DNA of 50,942 nt from Octopus bimaculoides (taxonomy: Eukaryota), in the NCBI RefSeq assembly GCF_001194135.2, contig NC_068982.1, positions 186,247,598-186,298,539 on the forward strand. The letters are read 5' to 3'. Position numbers and translations under genes: made by a program. The notes under the pieces were generated by a model. It did no database searches and had not been told where the DNA came from. It saw nothing but the letters and a program-made list of their open reading frames with translations. Positions 13,170 through 24,639 of this stretch are shown here, in pieces. The first letter of the stretch is position 1. Every line of letters begins with the position of its first letter.

Positions 13170-13574
13170 CTGGAAGATGAAAAATAGCAGCAAAATAGAA
13201 ATTTGATAGAATTACCAAAAATAAAAAATGAAGGAATTTTCATAATTGCTCGTTACCGTTGATATTTCTTTTCAAAAACAATCAACAAACTGGCAGAATC
13301 ATTAACACATTGGACAAAATACTTAGCTGCATTTCTTCATGCTCTTTACAATCTGAGATCAAATCTTACTGAGGTCAACTTTGTGTTTTATCTTATCATA
13401 GTCATCATCACCATCATCATCCGCTTTTCCATGTTGGCATGGGTTGGACGGTTTGACTGAGGACTGGCAAGCTAGCGGGCTGCACCAGGCTCCAATCTGA
13501 TCTGGCAAGGTTTCTACAACTGGATGCCCATCCTAACCCCAACCACTCCAAGAGTGCAGTGGGTGCTTTTTAGG

Positions 13575-13860
13575 TGCCACCAGCATGGGAGTCAATCAGG
13601 GAGCACTGGCATCTACGATGGTTTGGATGGTGCTTTTTACATGCCACCAGCACGGGAGCCAGTCAGAGGGCACAGGTATCAGCCACATTTGGATGGTGCT
13701 TTTTATGTACCACTGGCATGGAAGCCAATCAGGGGCAACTGGTATCAGCTACGTCTGGATGGTGCTTTTTATGTACCACCAGCACGGGAGCCAGTTAGGG
13801 GGCACTGACATCAAATACATTTGGACGGTGCTTTTTACATGCCACCAGCAGAAGAGCCGG
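13575..13860 (-). repeat. About five tandem units of roughly 57 bp inside a family A copy
   Basis: Recurring GTGCCACCAGCACGGGAGCCAGTCAG...GGATGGTGCTTTTTA. Confidence 0.8.
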
Positions 13861-14612
13861 TCAAAAATGAAGTATCAGTCAAGCACTGGAATTAATATAA
13901 TTGACCAACATCTTTCCCTTTAAAACTGATGGTCTTCTGCCAAAATTTGAAACAATATTATTTTTATTATTATTGTTAAAGATAGGGCAGCAAGCTGTCA
14001 GAAACATTAGCACGCCAGGCAAAATGCTTAGCGGTATTTCGTCTGCCGTTATGTTCTGAGTTCAAATTCCACCGAGGTCGACTTTGCCTTTCATCCTTTC
14101 GGGGTCAATAAATTAAGTACAAGTTACACACTGGGGTTGTCCCTTTGTCTGTCCTTGTTTGTCCCCTCTATGTATAGCCCCTTGTGGGCAATAAAGAAAT
14201 AATTATTATTGTTAAAGTTGATTTCTTCCTCCAGGGTCGACAAAAAAAATGTCGGTTAAGTATTAGTTTAATCTGATAGAAAAGACATCCAGTTGTAGAA
14301 ACCAAGACAAAAATGAAACGTATGAGAAATATGTGATCCTCTGGCCACTGTAAAAACAACAATGGATTTAAATAAGAAGGCCCGAAATTTTGGGGGAGGT
14401 GGCCAGTTAATTAAATTGACCCCAGTACGCAACTGGTACTTAATTTATCGACTCCGAAAGGATGAAAGGCAAAGTCAACCTCGGCGGAATTTGAACTCAG
14501 AACATAAAGACAGATGAAATACCACTAAGCATTCCGCCTGGCATGTTAACGTTTCTGCCAGCCCTAAGCCTCTAATGACTGCCAAATCGATGCTTTCATT
14601 ACATTTATTTAC

Positions 14613-14752
14613 CTGGATAAAACTTCCAGCAGAAATAAGACTTGGATGTATTTTCGAAAGTAGTTGAGCAGTTTCAGGTGTTAAACTGGTAGAGACTTGT
14701 GTTGTGCCATCACTTAAATGGGTCTCGATTCGAGAGATTACGTGTTGACCAT
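14613..14752 (-). CDS. CARF: CaRF coding exon 10, DGQHVISRIETHLSDGTTQV...AGSFIQ
   Basis: Not in the ORF track, but needed to reconcile phases between exons 9 and 11. Acceptor ttttactttcag|, donor CAG|GTAAAT. 140 nt, phase 1 to 0. Confidence 0.85.
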
Positions 14753-14930
14753 CTGAAAGTAAAAGTTAGAATTATACAGTCCGAGTCATTTAACATATTT
14801 AATGCAATTAATCAAGAAATATTAATTAATTCTAATTACACCTTGACTAACGAGAAAACTTGAATAGCATAAGGATTAACAGAAGTCAACAAAAATAAAG
14901 GGAGATAATCAAAAGATTAATAATTAAATA

Positions 14931-15185
14931 TAGAGTGTTCAAAAAGTCTCTCCGCAGTAAGTATTTTATTGCAAAAATTTACGAGATGGTATAAGACTAC
15001 AAAAGAATATATTAGACTTTACAAGACTTTAAAAAACATTATAAGAGGTGTTGAAAGTGTCGTCCTTCATTTTCAATACATAAGTTGATTCTTCCACACA
15101 TGTTTTGAAATATATTTTGGAAAGTCTGACTCTTGGAGAGTCAGAATGAAAAAATTCACTACAGAGAGACTTTTCGAACAACCTG
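14931..15185. mobile_element. Tc1/mariner-type MITE
   Basis: About 28-bp imperfect TIR ((C/T)AG(G/A)(G/T)TGTTC(A/G)AAAAGTCTCTC) flanked by TA on both sides. Confidence 0.75.
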
Positions 15186-15457
15186 TATAAATATAGTGTG
15201 AAGTCATCATCAGTGATATATATATTGTGTGTGTATGTGTGTGTGTGATCCAACCACTTGACAATTGGTGTTGGGGTTTCTATGCCCCTGTAATTTGTAG
15301 TTCAGCAAAAAAGACAAATAGAATAAGTAACAAAATTTTAATAACAAAACACACACACACATACACAGGGACCAACTTGTTTGACTAAACTCTTCAAGTT
15401 GGTGCCCCAGCATGGTCACAGTCCAAAGACTGAAACAAATAGAAGACAGAAAATTAC

Positions 15458-15650
15458 CTTCTCCTGGGTTCTGTGTAAACGTGACTGTCACAGTTTCTGG
15501 GACAGCATTAGGGTTATCACTGTTGTTGGTGCCATTAGAACCCGTGTTCCAGACACTTGTTGTGCCCAGCTGGGTCATATCACAGCTTTTGTCACCATCC
15601 TGAGAAGTTTGCATATCATTACTAGTAATTATCTCCAAGTTAAGATGTTG
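15458..15650 (-). CDS. CARF: CaRF coding exon 9, QHLNLEIITS...TFTQNPGE
   Basis: Acceptor ttactttcag|, donor AAG|GTAATT. 193 nt, phase 0 to 1, open frame. Confidence 0.85.
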
Positions 15651-16425
15651 CTGAAAGTAAAGAAAGACAAACACAAAATTAGCCCAATTAACATTTTAAT
15701 TACCTAGCATTAAAGTAAATAGAGTTATTTTGCTTCAGTCATTACACTGCAGCACTACCTTGAAGAATTTTTAGTCAAACGAATCAGCCCCGGTACTTAA
15801 CACACACACACACACACATATTTATATATAAGATGTAAAAAGCACCATCTGAACGTGGCCAATATCAGTGCCCCCTGACTGGCTACCATGCTGGTGGTAC
15901 ATAAAAAGCACTATCCAAATGTGATCACTACCAGGGCCACCTGACTGGCCCTTGTGCCGGTGGCACGTAAAAGTACCCACTACACTTTGAGAGTGGTTGG
16001 CGTTAGGAAGGGCATCCAGCTGTAGAAGCATTGCCAGATCAGATTGGAGCCTGGTGCAGCCTCTGGCTTTCCAGACCTCAGTCAAACCGTCCAACCCATG
16101 CCAGCATGGAAAACAGACGTTAAACGATGATGATGATGATGATGATGGGTTTCTTTCAGTTTTCATCTACCAAATCCACTTACAAGGCTTTGATCAGCCC
16201 AAGGCTATAGTAGAAGACTGCAAACAAAAAGAGACTCAGAACTATGTCTGGGGGTCGTCTGCTGTTCGACAGACCAAGGCATTATTACCTTGTTTGGAAA
16301 CAGGAGAAGGTCATCCAACCATAGAAAATTTTTCTCGATGAAACATGGAAGAATGGATATTGAAATATTGATGATGATGATGATGATGAATGACAAGGCA
16401 AAAAAAGACAAAGAAAAAAGCTTAC

Positions 16426-16582
16426 AGCAGGAGAAGTATAAGGAAGTTTCCCAGTTCCGATGTCTTTGAGAGCTTGATGAATGTGATTCTTCAGATCGTT
16501 AACAGTAGGAAAGAGTGTGAGATCATGGCGTTCGGGACTATTATCAGGATTCCCTGGGTACAATTCTTTGGTTACAAAATTC
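16426..16582 (-). CDS. CARF: CaRF coding exon 8, NFVTKELYPGNPDNSPERHDLTLFPTVNDLKNHIHQALK...YTSPA
   Basis: Matches the CaRF motif PERH-x-L-xx-FPTVND-x-KNHIH. Acceptor actttcag|, donor GCT|GTAAGC. 157 nt, phase 2 to 0. Confidence 0.95.
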
Positions 16583-18109
16583 CTGAAAGTTTCAGATTAC
16601 AATAAAGTAAAACTCATCATATTTTCTCAGACAGTCATATATATATAAATATATATACATCAGTGCTGGCTCTCGCTGCTACAGAAAACCTGTAAAGATA
16701 TGCTTCAAAAAGTGACTGAATTGCACTGCTAACACAGATAGGACACATTATTGACTTGTAAGTCTTTAATATACTTGGTAGAATATTACGGTTGCATAAC
16801 AAAATACGGTGCCCCAATCCACCCACAATTAATAAGTACATACCGGTTGCCAGGAATGGGTTTAATATGTAAAATCAATAAATCCAAATGTGTTACACAG
16901 CTAAATATTAGTGATTATTTAAGCAACACGTTTGTCGGTGGTTAATGGGTTGGATGTGATACTGAAGAAGGAGCAAGAACTCCTGAAATATCCATGTACA
17001 CCAATTACCCATTTTTCTATTTTTGATCACATTGTTTACATAGACGTATTCGTATACGAAATGTCATAGCTTTCAGTTCTGACTCTAGTTTCTACAGACA
17101 ATCTGTAGAGATAACTTTAAAAAGTGATAGATATATGTGCTTATTTTTTTTGACTGATGCCAGTGCCACCTAACTGGCACCTGTGCCAGTGGCACATAAA
17201 AAGCACCCACTACACTCAAGGAGCGGTTGGCATTAGGAAGGGCATCCAGCAGTAGAAATTCTGCCAGATCAGATTGGAGCCTGGTGCAGTCAAGCCGTCC
17301 AACCCATGCCAGTATGTAAAGCAAACATTAAACGACAACGATGATGATGATATTGTAATTTGTGAACAATAGCGAATTTGGTTACAGGTTTCTAAATAAT
17401 AAAACCATCCATCCATCACTATTTCAGGGAGAGTGCTGAGGTAGAGTCCTATAGCATTTCTTCCATAAGTTCCTGTCAGAAGCAACTGTCATTACACTTT
17501 CCAGATTGATTCCCAAGTATCTCTAACTGAAATTACTCTTTTACTTGTTTTAGTCATTTGGGTGCGGCCATGCTGGAGCACTGCCCTTTAATCAAGCAAA
17601 TCGACCCCAGGACTTATTCTTTGTAATCCTGGTACTTATTCCATCGGTCTCTTTTGCCAAACCGCTAGGTTATGGGGACGTAAACATACCAGCATAGGTT
17701 GTGAAACGATGTTGGGTTGCATTTCCACTACAACTTAAAACGGTTAAGACTCAAACAGAAATTGTCCGGTAATTGCCATTTGAATGGAAATTTTATTTTC
17801 ACTATAAAACACATACTGCTATGTTTGTACCACCCCCTTGAGACCCAACTACACTCTAGCTGCAAAATACAGAAACCTCATAAGATATATAAACGTCCTA
17901 AATTCAGTGGTGGTGTTACTGAAAATGTGATGCGCTAATTTAATGTCTTAAACTTATCTTTATTAATGTGTCTCAAATTCTACATAAATATATACAAGAT
18001 TTACACAGATATAAGAGTTAGAACTTGTGATCCACCCGCAGACCCTTTTCTTTGGAAATTTTTGCCAACTGCACTAGAACGTTTCCCTACCTCTGGTTAT
18101 AAAAAGCAC

Positions 18110-18325
18110 TTTGTTGGTGCTTGTATGGCAGGTGCAAGAGTAATGAAAACAGCCGAAATGTTTGGTGTATCAAGAAGTACTGTCTCGAAAGTAATGATAG
18201 CCTTTGAGAAAGAGAAAACCTCCTCATCAAAACAAAACTCCGGAAGAAAACCAGAACTTTCAGATATGGAACATCGGACTCTTACGCAAATACTTAGAAA
18301 GGATCACAAAAGTACAGCTCCAAAG
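18110..18325 (+). mobile_element. Tc1 transposase N-terminal (HTH) fragment
   Basis: Translates to VGACMAGARVMKTAEMFGVSRSTVSKV...SGRKPELS, a typical Tc1 paired-like HTH. Confidence 0.8.
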
Positions 18326-18589
18326 CACCGATGTCACATAAAAAGCACTGGTGTTGGTGCCATGTAAAAAGCACCCAGTAAACACTGTAAAGTAGTTGGT
18401 ATTAGAAATGGCATCCAGTCATAGAGACCAGGCCAAAATAGACAATGGAGCCTGGGGCAGTTCCTGCCTAACCAGCACCTATCAAACCATCCAACCCATG
18501 CCAGCATGGAGAATGGATATTAAGCAATGGTCATGAGGATGGCTGAATGTGCGAGTGTTAGATTTGCAAAACTGTTATTTTAGACTCAC

Positions 18590-18802
18590 CGTAACTGTTT
18601 GCGAATGACATAAATACGAGATTCTCCAGCAGCCACCATTTCTCGAATTTTATCCTGAACTCTTGGATGTAACCGGGAGGACAATACATTGTTTTTGGCT
18701 TCAACATCTAGTTCAACAGCTGTATCGTATTTGGGTGATGCTGGTTCCACATTCTCTGCGTGAAACTCGTGCGCATTTTCAGTGGGCAGTTGTACATAAT
18801 AC
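18590..18802 (-). CDS. CARF: CaRF coding exon 7, YYVQLPTENAHEFH...RLHPRVQDKIREMV...VIRKQLR
   Basis: Matches the CaRF motifs YVQLPT-xx-AH-xx-H and RLHP-x-V-xx-KI-x-E...RKQLR. Acceptor ctattcag|, donor CG|GTGAGT. 213 nt, phase 2 to 2. Confidence 0.95.
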
Positions 18803-18920
18803 CTGAATAGAATGAGAGAAAAAAAGACTAAATAAATGCAATATTTTGTTTGTTTTTCTTTTTAAAGAAAAGACACACCAGAAAAACAGGGGTTGGACAG
18901 AGGCGGCGAGCTGGCAGAAA

Positions 18921-18990
18921 AAGGCAGCCAAAAGAAGCATTTGACCCAGACTGCATTCTTCCAACTGTTAAACATGGAGGAGGATCTGTT
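18921..18990 (+). mobile_element. 70-bp Tc1 transposase fragment embedded in a SINE
   Basis: Translates to RQPKEAFDPDCILPTVKHGGGSV, containing the Tc1 signature PTVKHGGG. Confidence 0.8.
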
Positions 18991-19202
18991 CAAATTCCGC
19001 CGAGGTCGACTCTGCCTTTCATCCTTTCGGGGTTGATAAATTAAGTACAAGTTACGCACTGGGGTCGATGTAACCGACTTAATCCCTTTGTCTGTCCTTG
19101 TTTGTCCCCTCTGTGTTTAGCACCCTGTGGGCAATAAAGAAATAAGAAAAACAGCAACTTAAGACAAAAAATAAAAAATTACAAAATCAGGATGGGACGC
19201 AC

Positions 19203-19340
19203 CTTTCTTGACCAATGTTGTCAAGGCAAGAAGATTTTAATTCTTGAAATCGTTTGTCCATTGAAATTTTTAACGATCTTTTATCTTGCATTAAATCAAC
19301 TGTAAATTCAGGGAATTTTTTAACTTTTTTGATGTAAATC
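19203..19340 (-). CDS. CARF: CaRF coding exon 6, RIYIKKVKKFPEFTVD...NIGQER
   Basis: Matches the CaRF motif RIYIKKV-x-KFPE. Acceptor tattttacag|, donor AG|GTGCGT. 138 nt, phase 2 to 2. Confidence 0.92.
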
Positions 19341-20978
19341 CTGTAAAATATAAAGAAAAAGGAACTTTAATGTCATGTTTTCTCATAAATACATCCAAGT
19401 TCCCTGGCTTGAGGTCCTGCAAGAACTGGAAAAGAGGCAAACAAACAGCCATATTCAACCCTTATGTTACCATATTTCTGTTGAAATATACTGGTTTTAT
19501 TTTGATTAATTTTGAAAATAATGGAAAATTTCGTGAAATATTTTAGTTGTTATTAACATAAAACTAACATTTTCTTATGGAAAGTTTTAATTTAGATCAC
19601 TTTAACCCTTTGGTTACCCTATTTCTCTCAAAATTCACTGCTGTCCTTTCAATTAATTTTGAAAATAATGAAGAATTTAGAAAACTAATTTTATCATTAT
19701 TATTCTGGCATTTCAAACAAAAGTAAACATGAAATTTTGACACCAGTTTTAATTTAGATCAGATTAATGCTATGTGAGTCTTAAAATTTCTTCTTGTCTT
19801 CTCATGTGTTTGCTGATAAGAAACAAAGGCTTCACTGTTTATACAGTCTCCTTTTATTGCAGTTCACCATAAAAGCATATCCAGGCTTCTTGATGCCTAA
19901 ACATATTGTGCTTTCATGAGGGTCCACAGTGACACTCTGTCTCTTCCCAACTAATCTCTCTTTCTAGTACCACCCCAGTCACTCACACCTTCTCTTCTTC
20001 AATGTGAATAGCCATGGAGCCCCCAACAGCAAGAAAGCTGTTCTGTTCTGGCCCCTTCTCTCATACTCTCACTTGACATCCCTTAGTATAAAATCATCTC
20101 CCTCCACTATAGCCCCACTTAGTTGAAGGAGATCTTTGTCTTGCATTTGTATTGGTGCCATAAACTGGCATCGGGAAGGGTTTCTAGCTCATAGAAACCA
20201 TGGTAAAGTAGGCATTGGAACACAGCACAGTCCTCAGACCCATTGCATCCTGTCAGACCATCCAACCGATACCAGCGTGAAAAATGGTTATTAAATGATG
20301 ATGATGATGATGAACATAAAGAGCAGAAAGAAATACCAAAAAGCATTTTGTCCAATGTTCTAATGATTCTGGCAATGCACCATCCTTACTTCATCATCCT
20401 CATCATTTAACATCCGTTTTCCATGCTGACATGGGTTGGATGGTTTAACTCGAGCTGGCAAGCCAGAGACCTTCCACCAGGTTCCAATTGTCTGCTTTGG
20501 CATGGTTTCTATGGCTGGAAGCCCTTCCTAATGCCAACCACGTCATAGAGTGTACTGGGTGCATTTTACATGGCACCAGCACTGACAGGGTCATTAAGTA
20601 CCTTGCAAGAGAAAAACCCCTCAACTGGGAAGGAGCAGGCAATAGTATTGAGGTGGATGTGGCTTTGTGCCAGTTGAGAGATTTAAGGTATCAAGGGGAC
20701 AGTTACAGAGGTCTTGCTGTAAAGTAGAGAAAAAAGTGAGTTGGAGAGTAATGTAAAGAGAGTGATAGTGAGAGAAATTATGGGGTAGATGTGATGGGAC
20801 ATGCCCTTAAGGGACATTAGGGGTAGTAAGAATAAGTGAAGTGATATAAAGGCTTGAGCTGGGTGAGTGAGCAGGATGAGGTGCTAAAACAATAAATACC
20901 ATTTACATTAAATACCATTTATAATAAATGCCATTTACAAATTAAAAGAAAGAAGCAGAATAAATGGATAAACATTAC

Positions 20979-21096
20979 CGAGCAGGACAGGTTTGTGTGT
21001 ATTCAGGTTTTTTATTATTCTGTTCAGCTTGTTTCTTCTTCAAGTTTCCTTTTCTCCGAGGACCAAACTGACATTCCATAACAATTGCCCGGCTTC
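20979..21096 (-). CDS. CARF: CaRF coding exon 5, GSRAIVMECQFGPRRKG...TQTCPAR
   Basis: Matches the CaRF motifs GSRA-x-VMECQ-x-GPRRKG and TCPAR. Acceptor ctgccag|, donor CG|GTAATG. 118 nt, phase 1 to 2. Confidence 0.95.
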
Positions 21097-21276
21097 CTGG
21101 CAGCAAAAATGGTAAAATTTCATTTATCTACATCACCTTTTACTCATACCGTTTCCATTACTTTAAACCTTTAGCATTCTTTTTTTCGGAAATTAAATGA
21201 ATTACATTTATGCATATAAAAGTTATAAGACACTTTTTATTTTCAATATGAAAGATTTTTTTCTTCTTTTTCTTAC

Positions 21277-21466
21277 CTGAATTCACAAAAGGGATCCCAT
21301 CAAATGGGACATATTGAGACTTCCACATAAGGCGAGTTGAAGGTTTTGCAGGACTTGGAGACTGTCGAGTCCCCCAGTAACTGTGAGTTTGTTGTTTGTG
21401 GTAAGTTAGCAACAGGTCGACTTCTATCTCACTCTCAACATAACCTCGAAATGAGTTGCCAATCAT
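21277..21466 (-). CDS. CARF: CaRF coding exon 4, [63 protein letters not shown]
   Basis: [12 protein letters not shown][20 protein letters not shown] is recognisable as the vertebrate CaRF (ALS2CR8) conserved block. AG/GTAAGA splice sites. 190 nt, phase 0 to 1. Confidence 0.95.
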
Positions 21467-21610
21467 CTGTTAATAAAAATAATTAGGATTATTATTTAAG
21501 CCATAAGAATTTAGAATTCTCTATCAGTTTTAGAAATTTCAAGGGACATGAAACAGTGATTATGATGACAAATGACTAACAATTTTATTTTGAGAGCAAT
21601 TAAAAGTAGA

Positions 21611-21790
21611 AGGGTGAGTCAAAACGTAGGACAGGTATAATTACCAACATAGGAACATGTATCATACATCAAAATGAAGCTGGTCCTCTGTGGATCACAT
21701 CCCTACTTCTCAACATAGTCACCGTCTCTCTCAATAGCAATGTTCCACCTTCGAGTGAGAGCATGTATCCCTGCTCCTTAAAATTCTGTT
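21611..21790. mobile_element. Fragment of the same mariner family as 38225-38767
   Basis: Near-identical to the arm at about 38228-38425 (AGGGTGAGTCAAAA...AAAATTCTGTTGACT). Confidence 0.85.
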
Positions 21791-23840
21791 GACTCTGGAG
21801 TCTCCAATAACCATTTCAGGCCTTTTTGCCCCCATTGTTCTCTTTCTAAATTTATATTTACTTCAAACACTGTAAAGTAGTCCGTTACAAGTAGAGAAAG
21901 TGGAGGGTTGAATTAGCTTTAGTTCTGTCACACCAAGAATTATTCAACCGCTCTAGTGTTGGTGCCACATAAAAAGCACCCAGTTTACTCTGTAAAGTAT
22001 ATTCTGCAAGGAAGAGCATCCAATTGTAGAAACCGTGCCAGGTGACATGAGGAGGTTCTAAAGTATTTGGGTGCAGTTGCTCTTAATGGGAGGTAACTGG
22101 GTCTGTAATAACCTGTCCAACTCATGGAAAGTGAGCATGATGATAACAATAATGAACTGGAGATATTTTATTTATCAAAATCATCATCATCATCATCGTT
22201 TAACGTCCGCCTTCCATGCTAGCATGGGTTAGACGATTTGACTGAGGACTGGCGAACCAGATGGCTGCACCAGGCTCCAATCTGATTTGGCAGAGTTTCT
22301 ACAGCTGGATGCCCTTCCTAATGCCAACCACTCCGAGAGTGTAGTGGGTGCCTTTACGTGCCACCGGCATGAAGGCCAGTCAGGTGGTACTGGCAATGGC
22401 CACGCTCAAAATGGTGTATTTTACATGCCACCTGCACAGGAGCCAGTCCAGCGGCACTGGCAACGATCTCGCTTGAATGTTTTCTTCATGTGCCAGTAAG
22501 ATGTTGGTAACGATCACGCTCAAATGGTGCTATTTACGTGCTACTGGCACGGAAGCCAGACAGCTGCTCTGGCAATGATCACACTCGGACGGTGCTCTTA
22601 GTGCTCCACTGGTACAGGTGCCAACACGATTTCGAATTCACTTGCCCCAACAGGTCTTCACAAGCCGAGTTTAGTATTGTGTTTATTATTCGGTATAAAC
22701 ATGGGAGCGGGCATAAAATGAAAGACCACTTGAGACGATCATGATCAAAGCTGTCTCTCATTTTATGTAGTGTCTTTCCCAATTGGTTGGAGACCCTGGC
22801 TGTTATTTGGAAGGCATGGGGGCCGATGTGTGATGTTGGAGTAGAGTGCTTAGAAACTTAATGAGGGGAATAAATGGAGAAGGGAGGAGACGTCCTCATC
22901 AACCCCCTACAGCAGTTGTTCAGGATCTGGCTATCTTGCATTGGTCTTGTCAGTCACATCCGCTTCCATGAGATTGTTTCTCATGGAAGCGGAGGTGAAG
23001 GATGACAGATATCTTGGATTTATGCTGTCATCACCTTTAGCAGGCTGTCATAATCAACTAAAACATGGGAGTTGGGAAGAAACTAATATATCATCATCAT
23101 TGTCGTCATCGTTTAACATCCGCCTTCCATGCTGGCATGGGTTGGATGGTTTCACAAGAGCCGGCCAGGCAGAAGCCTGTACCAGACTTCTGTGACAGTT
23201 TTGGCATCATTTTTACAGTCGGATGCCCTTCCTAACGCCAACCACTCAGCAGGACAGACTTAGTGCTTTTTATGTGGTTAATTGGCAAACTAGAATTTGA
23301 AACAATTATCTCTACATGGGATGTGGTTAAGCTTGCATTACAACCATGTGGTTTTGGGTTCAGTCCCAGTTTGCAGTGCCTTGGTCAAGGTCTTCAACTA
23401 TAGTCCCAGGCAAACCAATGCTAGGTGAATGAATCTTGTAGATGGAAACTATGAAGAAGCCCATCATATGTACATGTGTGTGTATACGAGTCTTTGTGTT
23501 GATCCCTTCCCTAGTTTCGGTTTATTTACTTTCCTGAAACTTAGCAGTTCAGCAAAAGAGACCAATAGAATAAGCACCAGGCTTTAAAAAAAAAACAATA
23601 ACTAAATGCAGGAGTTAATCTGTTTCACTAAACCCTTACAGGCAGTGCTCCAGCATGGCTGTAGGGCAATGAATGAAAAATGGAAAAAAATAAAAGATAG
23701 GTATAGGTGTGGCTGTGTGGTAAGAAGCTTGCTCCCCAGCCACATGGTTCCAGGTTCAGTTCCACTGCATGGCACCTTGGGCAAGTGTCTTCTACTATTG
23801 CCTCGGGGTAACCAAAGCTTTGTGAGTGGATTTGGTAGAC

Positions 23841-24175
23841 TGTTGTAAAGGGGTCTTTTGCCACTTTGTGTATCTGTCTTTTGATGACGGTTGTCGCTCT
23901 GACAGATATTGTTATATTCCAAAGTTGTCGATAGAATGGTTCTATCTGGCACTGTACGACCCCCAGTTGTACAGTGTTATCATCCTCAAAAAAATTGGTT
24001 CGTTATAACGTCCACTCAGTATCACAATATAATTTCTGTATCAGCACAGACACGATTATCAACACAGTCGACATGTTCTCTTGACCTTCCCCTGTTGACC
24101 GGCTACTGGTCTATTTATAATGGCTGGCTACTACCACTTTTTGCCGGGAGGGGTGTACAGTTTCACTATACAACA
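23841..24175 (-). mobile_element. Solo LTR (335 bp, BEL/Pao- or Gypsy-like) inserted in a SINE
   Basis: Termini TGTTGTA...TACAACA, with a perfect 5-bp TSD TAGAC (23836-23840 and 24176-24180). It splits the SINE sequence GGATTTGGTAGAC|(G/A)GAAACTG. TATAAATA on the minus strand at 24119-24112. Confidence 0.85.
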
Positions 24176-24463
24176 TAGACAGAAACTGTAAGAACCCCAT
24201 TGTGTATGTATGTATGTGTGTGTGTGTGTCTGTACCTGTAAATGTCTTTGTACCCCTATTTGTCCCTCACCACTACTTGACAACTGGTGTTGGCATATTT
24301 AAGTCCTTGTAACTTAGCGGTTCAACAAAAGAGACCAATAGAATAAGTATCAGGCTTAAAAAAAAAAAAATTCTTCAAGGCAGTGCCCCAGCATGGCCAC
24401 ATTCCAATGACTGAAACAAGTAAAAGACAAAAGATAGTAATGTAGAATCCAATTTGCTGTTAC

Positions 24464-24639
24464 CTGGCAATTATGAAGTCGTGCTGCCCATGAGGGACAA
24501 TTGAGCGGCAGAGAATGAATGGACTGAGGTGATGGTTGCGGAAGAGGGGAAACTAACATCATCCCAGAATCGGTTTCACTGATTGTTGCTGAAACTTCAT
24601 TGGAATCGGAATTCTCAATATTTTCAAGTTGATCGACAT
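24464..24639 (-). CDS. CARF: CaRF coding exon 3, DVDQLENIEN...LPLNCPSWAARLHNCQ
   Basis: Acceptor ttatttacag|, donor CAG|GTAACA. 176 nt, phase 1 to 0. WAARL-x-C resembles the start of the conserved CaRF domain. Confidence 0.9.

Noticed and set aside
13575-13860. CRISPR-like array
   Set aside because: Eukaryotic context; the units are degenerate tandem repeats of an RTE tail without unique spacers.
16844-16982. Possible 139-nt poison exon in CARF intron 7 (AG...CCG|GTATGT, premature stop)
   Set aside because: The upstream tract is purine-rich, making a weak acceptor; it cannot be supported without RNA data.
18110-18990. Idea that CARF exon 7 was captured inside a Tc1 element
   Set aside because: Exon 7 is conserved CaRF sequence with normal splice sites, and the two Tc1 pieces lack TIRs and sit in different repeat contexts, so independent remnants are more likely.
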